Virus record (IMG/VR): IMGVR_UViG_3300046779_001130
Coordinates: 1-24,912 of that record
Source: a virus
Lineage: Duplodnaviria; Caudoviricetes
Strand: one strand, 5' to 3'
Length of the DNA stretch: 24,912 nucleotides
Part shown: piece after piece, positions 17,558 to 24,912 of the stretch
How the letters are laid out: every line of letters starts with the position of its first letter
Position numbering within the stretch: position 1 is the stretch's first letter
Made by a program: the position numbers and the translations under genes
Notes under the pieces: generated by a model
Databases searched by the model: none
Told to the model about the DNA's origin: nothing
What the model saw: only the letters and a program-made list of their open reading frames with translations

Positions 17558-17576
17558 ATAGTGTCAAGGAGATGCT

Positions 17577-18257
17577 ATGATTATTGGTTTTATTGGTTTC
17601 ATTGGTTCAGGCAAAGACACTGCTGCGGACTATCTTGTAAATTTCCACGGTTTTAGAAGAGACAGTTTTGCTGCCACACTAAAAGATGCAGTTGCCTGTG
17701 TTTTCGGTTGGGATAGAACTCTGTTAGAAGGACGCACAAAAGAAAGCAGAGAGTGGCGCGAGCAGGTCGATCCTTGGTGGAGCGAGCGTTTAGGTAAATC
17801 AATTACTCCCCGTTGGGTATTACAGCATTGGGGAACCGAAGTTTGTCGCAACGGATTCCATAATGACATCTGGATAGCCAGTTTAGAAAATAAAATACGT
17901 AAAACTAACGATAATGTAGTTATTACAGATGTACGCTTTCCTAATGAGATAGCATCGATTGTTAAATCAGGCGGAAAAGTTTTCCGTATTAAAAGAGGAT
18001 CTGATCCTACTTGGTACGATCATGCTTTAAACCATAACCAAGGTCCTACTAACATGAAATGGGCATTGAGTAAGATGCATTTAAATGAAGCAAACGTTCA
18101 TGCCAGCGAGTACAGTTGGGTAGGACATAAAAATATCACAGCTGAACTTGATAACAACGGAACTATAGATGATTTATACAATCAGCTTAGAAGTCAGGTT
18201 GAAGATCACCTTGGCGCCATTGAACGCCCTCTTTATGTAGGACTCTCTGACAGTTAG
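17577..18257 (+). CDS. Deoxynucleoside monophosphate kinase (T4 gp1-like)
   Basis: P-loop IIGFIGFIGSGKDTAADYL, SFAATLKD, TPRWVLQHWGTEVCR, VVITDVRFPNE, HASE. Confidence 0.9.
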   Translation: MIIGFIGFIGSGKDTAADYLVNFHGFRRDSFAATLKDAVACVFGWDRTLLEGRTKESREWREQVDPWWSERLGKSITPRWVLQHWGTEVCRNGFHNDIWIASLENKIRKTNDNVVITDVRFPNEIASIVKSGGKVFRIKRGSDPTWYDHALNHNQGPTNMKWALSKMHLNEANVHASEYSWVGHKNITAELDNNGTIDDLYNQLRSQVEDHLGAIERPLYVGLSDS

Positions 18258-18528
18258 CACATACAGTTTTTAAATTAGCGGGTCTACTATTGTTTAGATT
18301 TCCATCTATGTGAAACACATTGAATTGTTCTTTGTGTTTACTTTTGTATCCGCACTTATCACAAGCCATTTTTTGACGGTATCCATCTAAGTACCACTTA
18401 GGAACACCGTGTGCTAATCCACCGTGTTTCAAACACATTTCACATTTTTTTCTATAATATGTTCTTCCGTTCTTAACATAATTAACGGCGGCTGGTCTTA
18501 GATTGCAAATACATAAAGGTCTTGTCAT
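18187..18528 (-). CDS. HNH-fold / Zn-finger protein
   Basis: CxC...CxxC N-terminal Zn motif, then CDKC...HIDGNLNN....NLKTVCANC; has its own ATAAATA box; its 3' end overlaps the kinase gene by 71 nt. Confidence 0.8.
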   Translation of the reverse strand: MTRPLCICNLRPAAVNYVKNGRTYYRKKCEMCLKHGGLAHGVPKWYLDGYRQKMACDKCGYKSKHKEQFNVFHIDGNLNNSRPANLKTVCANCQRVLHKEGVQWRQGDLQPDF

Positions 18529-18612
18529 ACTTTTATTTATTTCGCACCTTTTTGTCCCCTTTTCTTGAACTTATAAATAGCCAATTTTAGGATTTTCCAA
18601 TAAATAAAAGTA
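18528..18612. promoter_or_regulatory. Divergent late promoter region: perfect 14-bp inverted repeat AATAAATAAAAGTA plus an internal TATAAATA
   Basis: 18528-18541 is the reverse complement of 18599-18612; canonical T4 late TATAAATA at 18572-18579. Confidence 0.7.
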
Positions 18613-18636
18613 GAACACCAACTTAGGAGAAGCAAG

Positions 18637-21600
18637 ATGGCATTAAGTTCACCAGGCGTAGAAGTCAAAGTTATTGACGAATCGTTTTATACACCAGCCG
18701 AGCCAGGTACAACACCTTTGATTATTGTAGCATCGGCACAAGACAAATCAAATGGCGCAGGCACCGGTACAGCGCCAGGAACAACTAAAGCAAATGCCGG
18801 AACAGTTTACCTATTAACCAGTCAGCGTGATTTAGCAGACACGTTTGGTGACCCAATTTTTAAAACTGATGCAAACAACAATCCTGTACATGCAGGAGAG
18901 CAAAATGAATATGGCCTACAAGCAGCATATAGTTTGTTAGGCGTTAGTAATCGTGCTTTTGTTGTTCGCGCAGATCTAGACTTATCACAATTAGACGCCA
19001 GTGCAGATCCTCCAATCGCATTACCTGCTAACGGTACTCATTGGATGGATACAAGTACAACAACATTTGGATTTTTTGAATGGAATGGTGCTCCTATTAG
19101 TACAACCGGTGGACAAAAGTTTGCTAATAAGGTTCCTCTTGTAATCACAGATTCAACCAGAGTCGATCCTTCAACTTCGGGTCCAAAAACATCTCTTGGT
19201 GCTATTGGCGATTATGCCATTGTTATGACAGATACTGATTCTGACACACCAGCTTTGACTACAAGTCATCCTGGAACATTGTGGTATAAGAGCAAAGGAA
19301 ATTCTAACGCTGGTGTTACACCAGGTTCGTGGGTATTAGTTGGTAGTAATGATTGGGCTGCATCTCTTCCAGTTGTAGCAGGCACAGTTTCAAATCCAGC
19401 ATTTACACCTGGTGACGATTTTTATATCAACGGTAATTTAATTACTGCCAGCGGATCTACTGTAGCAAGTTTAGCTACAGACATCAATAATGCATTTAAT
19501 TTAGGTAATGGTCCTGTATATGCACAGGCGTGGAACAACAAATTAGAAATTTATGTTAATAATACTATTGGAAATGATGAAGCCGATAGTACAACTTCAA
19601 ATGCATTAGTAATTGCAGCAGGATTCACAGGAAGTTTAGTAGCCACTTCAGTCGCTGCAAGTGCATTAGGAATTAAAACTGGAACATACTATGGTCCTAA
19701 ACTGCAAATCAGTAAGCATACAGATGTTCCTCAGTGGAAATCAACTTCAAATGCTCCAAGACCAACAGGCAGTATTTGGGTTAAAACAACAGAACCTAAT
19801 TTAGGAGCTCGTTGGAGAGTCAAGCGTTGGAACGGCACTACTGCTCTTTGGGAAGCTGTTGACTCACCAATCTATCTAAATGGTCACGATGCTATTTTTG
19901 GATTAGATAAAGCAGGTGGTGGTGAGAACTTATCTACCGGTTCTTTGTATGTCCAAGCTAACTATGACGAAGATAACGGTACAGACAGTACACCAAGAGT
20001 AGCTAATTTCAAACTATATCGTAGAAGTTCCGCAGGAATGACTACAATTACATCTCCTAAAGTAGAAAACTCACAGTTCACGAATGCAACAACTTATACT
20101 TTTAGAATTGCTGAAAGTTTAGTTGGTACTAATGTGTTAGGTGATTACAATGGTGATGGAACATACAGCTATAAAACTTGCACATTTACTGGTTCAGGTA
20201 CAGGTGATACAGATGCAGGTCGTATTGCTACTGCAATTAATGCAGCAGGATTTACAAACATCGAAGCAGAAGTAGACTCACAAAATAGAGTAGTAATTAG
20301 ACATAAGTTAGGAGGAGATTTCCGTTTAACTAATGTAACTAACAATCCTTTAACTGTATTAGGACTGTCTGCTTATGATTACGAGCCTTCAAATGCAACC
20401 TTTGCAACAGGCATATTGAATCTTCAAGACGCACCAGTCGGTGACACATTACACGATTTTGTAGCCAGCTTATGGTCACCATTAGTATATGTGTCTAACG
20501 GTGATGCTCCTGGTAGTTTAACAGATGATGGAAGACTTTGGTATAGCAGTGTTATTGATGAAATTGATATCATGATTCATGATGGATCTGATTGGGTGGG
20601 TTACTTATCACCTACCAGTCCATACTATGATGCAAGTCCTGGATCACAAACAGATCCAAACGGACCAATCGTTAGTGCCACAGCACCAGAAACACAAAGC
20701 GACGGAACCGCATTAGTAACAGGAGATTTGTGGATCAGCACAGATGATATTGAAAACTTCCCACAAATTTATAGATTTAATAACGCACTAACTGCACCTG
20801 TTACAAAGCGTTGGGAGTTATTAGATAAAACAGATCAGAGCACAGAAGATGGTGTACTATTTGCCGATGCTCGTTACAATACAGCAGGTTCAAACAGCGA
20901 CGAAGCAGGCACAATCGTAGATCTATTAACCAGCGACTACTTAGATCCAGACGCTCCAGATCCAGCATTATACCCAAGAGGTATGTTGTTATGGAATTTA
21001 CGTCGTAGCGGATTCAATGTTAAGAAATTCCAAAGAAATTACATTGATGTTGCAGCAGACAATACAAGATTTAATGGCGAAGCAATGGAAGCATATTATC
21101 CGCATCGTTGGACTACAGAAAGTCCAAATCAAGGCGATGGTTCTGGTAGCTTTGGACGTAAGTCTCAACGTGCTGTAGTAGTTAAAGCATTACAAGCAAC
21201 AGCTAATGCTAATCAAGATATTAGAGATGATGAAAGTAGAATCTTTAATCTAATTGCTTGCCCAGGATATCCTGAACTAATTGGCGAGATGATTAGTCTA
21301 AACTATGACAGAGGATTAACTGCATTAGTTGTAGGCGATAGTCCTGCAAGATTAACTCCAGATGCTACCAGTTTGTTAGCATGGGGTAGCAATCAAAGAC
21401 TTGCATTCGAAGACAATGACCTTGGAGCAGTGAGCTACGATGAATATATGGCTATGTTCTATCCATGGGGCTTTACCAGCGATAACTTTGGTAATAATGT
21501 TGTTGTCCCTCCAAGTCATATGATTTTAAGAACGATTGCATTGAATGACCAAGTTGCTTATCCTTGGTTCGCACCAGCAGGTATACGTCGAGGCGGAATT

Positions 21601-22101
21601 ACTAATGCAAGTGCTGTAGGATATGTTGACAGTCAAGAAGGCGAGTTTAAATCAGTGGCTCTAAATGTAGGACAAAGAGATACACTGTATGAACAGAAGA
21701 TTAATCCTATTACTTTCCTAACAGGTACTGGATTAGTTAACTATGGACAGAAAACTCGTGCAAAAGGGTTTAGTGCATTGGATCGTATTAATGTAGCTCG
21801 TTTAGTAATTTATCTACGCAGCCAATTAAACAAATTAGCTAAACCTTATATTTTTGAACCTAATGATAAAATCACCAGGGACGAAATTAAACTTGCAGTT
21901 GATAGTCTTCTATTAGAGTTAGTGGGACAACGTGCTCTTTACGACTTCTTAGTTGTATGCGACGAGTCTAACAATACTCCAAGTAGAATTGATAGAAACG
22001 AGCTGTACATTGATATCGCTATTGAACCAGTAAAAGCAGTTGAATTTATCTATATTCCACTACGCTTGAAGAACACTGGTGAAATTGCAGCGTTAGGTTA
22101 A
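18637..22101 (+). CDS. gp18: Contractile tail sheath protein with large insertion domains
   Basis: MALSSPGVEVKVIDES N-terminus; C-terminal PPS....., PWFAPAGIRRG, RDTLYEQKINPI, YGQKT, SALDRINVARL, FEPND..TR, VVCDESNNTP..IDRNEL..DIAIEPVKAVEFIYI; AGGAG RBS. Confidence 0.97.
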   Translation: MALSSPGVEVKVIDESFYTPAEPGTTPLIIVASAQDKSNGAGTGTAPGTTKANAGTVYLLTSQRDLADTFGDPIFKTDANNNPVHAGEQNEYGLQAAYSLLGVSNRAFVVRADLDLSQLDASADPPIALPANGTHWMDTSTTTFGFFEWNGAPISTTGGQKFANKVPLVITDSTRVDPSTSGPKTSLGAIGDYAIVMTDTDSDTPALTTSHPGTLWYKSKGNSNAGVTPGSWVLVGSNDWAASLPVVAGTVSNPAFTPGDDFYINGNLITASGSTVASLATDINNAFNLGNGPVYAQAWNNKLEIYVNNTIGNDEADSTTSNALVIAAGFTGSLVATSVAASALGIKTGTYYGPKLQISKHTDVPQWKSTSNAPRPTGSIWVKTTEPNLGARWRVKRWNGTTALWEAVDSPIYLNGHDAIFGLDKAGGGENLSTGSLYVQANYDEDNGTDSTPRVANFKLYRRSSAGMTTITSPKVENSQFTNATTYTFRIAESLVGTNVLGDYNGDGTYSYKTCTFTGSGTGDTDAGRIATAINAAGFTNIEAEVDSQNRVVIRHKLGGDFRLTNVTNNPLTVLGLSAYDYEPSNATFATGILNLQDAPVGDTLHDFVASLWSPLVYVSNGDAPGSLTDDGRLWYSSVIDEIDIMIHDGSDWVGYLSPTSPYYDASPGSQTDPNGPIVSATAPETQSDGTALVTGDLWISTDDIENFPQIYRFNNALTAPVTKRWELLDKTDQSTEDGVLFADARYNTAGSNSDEAGTIVDLLTSDYLDPDAPDPALYPRGMLLWNLRRSGFNVKKFQRNYIDVAADNTRFNGEAMEAYYPHRWTTESPNQGDGSGSFGRKSQRAVVVKALQATANANQDIRDDESRIFNLIACPGYPELIGEMISLNYDRGLTALVVGDSPARLTPDATSLLAWGSNQRLAFEDNDLGAVSYDEYMAMFYPWGFTSDNFGNNVVVPPSHMILRTIALNDQVAYPWFAPAGIRRGGITNASAVGYVDSQEGEFKSVALNVGQRDTLYEQKINPITFLTGTGLVNYGQKTRAKGFSALDRINVARLVIYLRSQLNKLAKPYIFEPNDKITRDEIKLAVDSLLLELVGQRALYDFLVVCDESNNTPSRIDRNELYIDIAIEPVKAVEFIYIPLRLKNTGEIAALG

Positions 22102-22116
22102 TAAAGGAAATTAAAA

Positions 22117-22737
22117 ATGTCAGTCACATCACTAAGTAAATTTACGGTACCGTTAGCGTCTGGACAAAGCAGTACCACGCAAGGTACATTAATGCCAAAA
22201 TTAAAGTATCGTTTCAGAGTTAACTTTGAAAATTTTGGTGTTACATCGCCTACTACTGAACTTACAAAACAAGTTCAGACAGCAGGTCGTCCTAACATAG
22301 CATTTGCACCACAGACTATTGAAATTTATAATAGTAAAATTAATTATGCTGGTAAGCATACTTGGTCTCCAATTGCAATCACCCTCAGAGATGATGTAAC
22401 AGGTGAAGCAAGTAAGCGTGTTGGCGAACAGCTTCAAAAGCAGTTTGACTTCTTAGAGCAAAGTTCAGCAGCCAGTGCCAGTGATTATAAATTCACAATG
22501 AGTATTGAAATGTTAGACGGCGGCAATGGCAGTAAGGTTGTTGTTTTAGAACGTTGGGAATGTTACGGGTGTTTTCTTGTTAGTGCTAACTATCAAACAT
22601 TGAGTTATAGTGAAGCAGCACCTCAGACCATTGATTTAAGCATACAACCAGATAACTGCGTATTAGTTCCAGCAGGAGAAGGCAGTCCAGTATTTGCTGT
22701 AGCAGGAAGAGCGTTAAGAACTTTAGCCACAGGTTAA
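22117..22737 (+). CDS. gp19: Tail tube protein
   Basis: Directly follows the sheath gene; PKLKYRFRV..., YAGKHTWSPIAITLRDD, ERWECYGCFLVSANYQTLSY fit the gp19 tube fold. Confidence 0.88.
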   Translation: MSVTSLSKFTVPLASGQSSTTQGTLMPKLKYRFRVNFENFGVTSPTTELTKQVQTAGRPNIAFAPQTIEIYNSKINYAGKHTWSPIAITLRDDVTGEASKRVGEQLQKQFDFLEQSSAASASDYKFTMSIEMLDGGNGSKVVVLERWECYGCFLVSANYQTLSYSEAAPQTIDLSIQPDNCVLVPAGEGSPVFAVAGRALRTLATG

Positions 22738-22742
22738 TAAAG

Positions 22743-22768
22743 AAAGCAGCAGAGATGCTGCTTTTTTT
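22743..22768 (+). terminator. Rho-independent terminator after the sheath-tube operon
   Basis: AAAGCAGCA-GAGA-TGCTGCTTT stem with a GNRA loop and a T7 run. Confidence 0.9.
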
Positions 22769-22804
22769 ATAGGTTTTTATAAAGTACGCATATAACTACT
22801 GTGG

Positions 22805-22811
22805 ATAAATA
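22805..22811 (+). promoter_or_regulatory. Late-type promoter box ATAAATA
   Basis: 5 nt upstream of ATG 22817, just after the terminator; no Shine-Dalgarno between box and ATG. Confidence 0.65.
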
Positions 22812-22816
22812 TTAGT

Positions 22817-23878
22817 ATGGGAAAAGACTTACGACAATTTGTTAGCGGATTTACAAATCCTAAAGGTATAGTAGGGGATTTTCGTCACGCGGCAAGAATG
22901 TTTGTCGATGACAATTTTCGATTAGCCCCAAGATTTCCATTCCAGTTTCATTGTGTTTTTTCAATTAATAATAATGCCTTAAAAACTGTAAATTTATCAC
23001 AAAGGCATCAAAATGAAATCAACATGTTAGTAAAATCTGTTGATTTACCAAAATTTAGTATTACAACAGATTCTGTAAATCAATATAATAGAAAAAAAGT
23101 TATTCAAACAAAATTAGATTATCAACCGATTACAATTAAATTTCATGATGATAATTTAGGTGTGATTAGAACAATGTGGGAAAATTATTTTGCCTACTAC
23201 TATGCAGATTCGATAAGTGCAAAATTTACAGGATCTTATAATAGAAATGCCATGTTGTCTGGTAGTCAAATAAGAACTCCTTTTGGTTTCGATAATAACA
23301 GTGCTTATCCATTCTTTAATAAAATAACCATTTATCAAATGGCAAGAAAATATTGGAATAGCTACACCTTAGTAAATCCATTAATACAAAGTTGGTCACA
23401 TGCTAATTTAGATTATGCTGGTACAAATACCAGCGAGCAAAGTATGGCTGTAGCGTATGAGTCTGTGTATTATGAAAATGGATACGTAGCACAGAACAAT
23501 CCTCCGGGTTTCGGAAGAGAACACTACGATACTGTTCCGAGCCCTATAACATTAGCAGGTGGCGGTACTGCTACATTATTTGGAAGAGCGGGTGTATTAG
23601 CAGGTGCTGATGCAGTTTTTGGTAATGTAGTCAATATGTTACAAAATCCTCAAGAAGCAACCTTGGGAAATATTATATCAACAGGTATCCTTGCTGCAAA
23701 TACAATGAGCAATGCTGGAAAACTAAGCAATACAGGAGTTAGAGCAGAAGTAACTGGTCTTACACTGGGAGCATTAGGCACTGTTGCTAATCAAGGTATC
23801 AGTGGTATTAAAGGAACTTCCTTTCCAATTGCCGATACCAGCGGTAACAGTACTCCAGCCAGTCCAAGAACTTTTTAA
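22817..23878 (+). CDS. Tail-tube-fold paralog (gp54/gp48-like baseplate tube initiator)
   Basis: VKSVDLPKFSI...NQYNRK...LDYQPITIKFHDD...YTLVNPLIQSWSHANLDY...MAVAYE parallels the tube-fold pattern; Gly/Ala-rich C-terminal tail. Confidence 0.65.
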   Translation: MGKDLRQFVSGFTNPKGIVGDFRHAARMFVDDNFRLAPRFPFQFHCVFSINNNALKTVNLSQRHQNEINMLVKSVDLPKFSITTDSVNQYNRKKVIQTKLDYQPITIKFHDDNLGVIRTMWENYFAYYYADSISAKFTGSYNRNAMLSGSQIRTPFGFDNNSAYPFFNKITIYQMARKYWNSYTLVNPLIQSWSHANLDYAGTNTSEQSMAVAYESVYYENGYVAQNNPPGFGREHYDTVPSPITLAGGGTATLFGRAGVLAGADAVFGNVVNMLQNPQEATLGNIISTGILAANTMSNAGKLSNTGVRAEVTGLTLGALGTVANQGISGIKGTSFPIADTSGNSTPASPRTF

Positions 23879-23888
23879 ATAGCTAACT

Positions 23889-24263
23889 ATGTCTTTAAAC
23901 ACAAATTTACCGCCATCACAAAATTCTGACAGTTCTGATGAGGTAAAAAATTTCTTTGACAAATTTTTTACACATGAAATAACCTTTCCAGCAGCACAAA
24001 TAGATGCAGTAGTAGGATTCTTTTTAAAAAGAGGATTTGAAGAGCAAGCTGCTAAAACTACAGCTATCGTTATTTTAAATCAGTCAAGAATCGATAATAT
24101 TAATCCTTTTGTAATTCTTGATACACTAAAAGGATTAAACGAATCACAATTAAGTGAAGTAGTTACTCAAATTATGAACTTATATCGTGAAAAATCTTCT
24201 GCACTTGGATATAAAATAGCAGTAGTAGAAGAAACCTTTGAAAGCCGCAATATTGCACAATGA
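23889..24263 (+). CDS. Hypothetical phage protein
   Basis: 124-aa ORF in operon context, ATGA-coupled to the next gene. Confidence 0.75.
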   Translation: MSLNTNLPPSQNSDSSDEVKNFFDKFFTHEITFPAAQIDAVVGFFLKRGFEEQAAKTTAIVILNQSRIDNINPFVILDTLKGLNESQLSEVVTQIMNLYREKSSALGYKIAVVEETFESRNIAQ

Positions 24264-24697
24264 GTCGTTGGGCCAGAGGAAAATTCCAAATTAAAAATCC
24301 TGACAAATATGTAGGCAATCACAGTCCTACATATAGAAGTAGTTGGGAATGGAAATTCATGACTTTTTGTGACCAAGATCCTCGAATTATGAAGTGGGCC
24401 AGCGAAGCAATTAAAATTCCTTACAAAGACCCATTTACAGGTAGACAGACTATTTACGTTCCTGATTTTTTTATACAGTATGCTGATAAAACTGGAAAAA
24501 TTCAAGTAGAACTTATAGAAGTTAAACCAGCAAGTCAGACATTATTAGAAAAAGCAGGAAAAAATCGTAACAATCAATTACAGTGGGCTAAAAATCAAGT
24601 TAAATGGCGGGCAGCACAAAGTTGGTGTAGTAGACAAGGCATCAAGTTTAGGGTATTAAACGAAAATGATTTATTTCATAACGGATCTATGAGATAA
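24260..24697 (+). CDS. gp4: T4 gp4-like head completion nuclease (TnsA N-terminal-like PD-(D/E)xK)
   Basis: KNPDKYVG...YRSSWE..FM..CD....KWASE...IPY...YVPDFFIQY...LIEVKP...NQ.KW.AA..WC. Confidence 0.9.
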   Translation: MSRWARGKFQIKNPDKYVGNHSPTYRSSWEWKFMTFCDQDPRIMKWASEAIKIPYKDPFTGRQTIYVPDFFIQYADKTGKIQVELIEVKPASQTLLEKAGKNRNNQLQWAKNQVKWRAAQSWCSRQGIKFRVLNENDLFHNGSMR

Positions 24698-24707
24698 GTA
24701 TAATACT

Positions 24708-24912
24708 ATGAAAAAACTTGAAGAAATACTGAATTTGCCTGAATCTAAAAAAATTATCAAAAAAGACGAAAAGGAAAAAGCTGCTGAAGTAGCAGAACCT
24801 TTTTTACGAGATATGGCAGAGTTTGACAAAATTGCTGCTGCTCTTCCGCAAGTTAAAGGCTTAGGCGATATCAGCGACAAAGAGTTTGACGAGTTAGCTC
24901 AACGTGCTACAG
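24708..24912 (+). CDS. Hypothetical protein, 3'-truncated by the window edge
   Basis: Not in the ORF track. Open frame MKKLEEILNLPESKKIIKKDEKEKAAEVAEPFLRDMAEFDKIAAALPQVKGLGDISDKEFDELAQRAT to the window end; preceded by the variant box ATAAGTA (24694-24700). Confidence 0.7.
   Translation, partial: MKKLEEILNLPESKKIIKKDEKEKAAEVAEPFLRDMAEFDKIAAALPQVKGLGDISDKEFDELAQRAT

Larger units (their letters stand above)
1..24912. mobile_element. Segment of a large myovirus genome (distant T4-like), virion morphogenesis region
   Basis: Sheath, tube, gp13/14/15-like neck, gp4-like nuclease, dNMP kinase and repeated TAAATA late-promoter boxes; tight gene packing with TAATG/ATGA overlaps. Confidence 0.95.

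Noticed and set aside
18187-18528. Intron- or intein-encoded homing endonuclease
   Set aside because: The flanking genes are uninterrupted, and the ORF is free-standing with its own promoter box.
18637-23878. Tailocin, eCIS or T6SS locus
   Set aside because: Neck and head-completion genes, the dNMP kinase and late promoters indicate a complete phage.
162-24880. Short alternative-frame and antisense ORFs in the track (e.g. 162-368, 1516-1773, 10697-11011, 12944-13321, 16390-16719, 24167-24505, 24671-24880)
   Set aside because: They are nested in or antisense to well-supported genes and show no recognisable motifs.
1-24912. Stop-codon reassignment
   Set aside because: Long genes are intact under the standard code. 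Nearly all end in TAA, with one TAG (18257) and one TGA (24263) at plausible ends.
24708-24912. Terminase small subunit call for the last partial ORF
   Set aside because: Its position would be compatible, but the visible 68 aa contain no diagnostic motif.

Overview
AT-rich, densely coding segment of a large contractile-tailed phage distantly related to T4-like myoviruses. No host-type housekeeping context, rRNA, tRNA or CRISPR was seen. It is mostly virion morphogenesis genes: neck gp13/gp14/gp15-like (gp14, gp15 and a Nudix gene on the opposite strand from gp13), an unusually long tail sheath (1154 aa), tail tube, a tube-fold paralog, gp4-like head-completion nuclease, fibre/appendage-type proteins including a 2234-aa giant, and a PG-binding plus tail-lysozyme protein. 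Non-structural genes are a dNMP kinase, a degenerate HNH/Zn-finger protein and a GT9-like glycosyltransferase plus carbamoyltransferase pair. T4-late-like (A/T)TAAATA boxes precede most structural units. The strongest lead is the N-terminus of the 2234-aa protein: four roughly 160-aa helical repeats that match phycobiliprotein alpha-subunit motifs (LTNN...KCxRDxGYxxxxxxYxLxxGG) and keep the bilin-attachment Cys/Arg/Asp. The fourth copy appears split around the other three. Other leads are the sugar-carbamoylation cassette among fibre genes, promoter-in-hairpin designs, probable leaderless late transcripts and a carbohydrate-binding-like insert in the neck protein. All family calls come from motifs recognised by eye; no database search was run.
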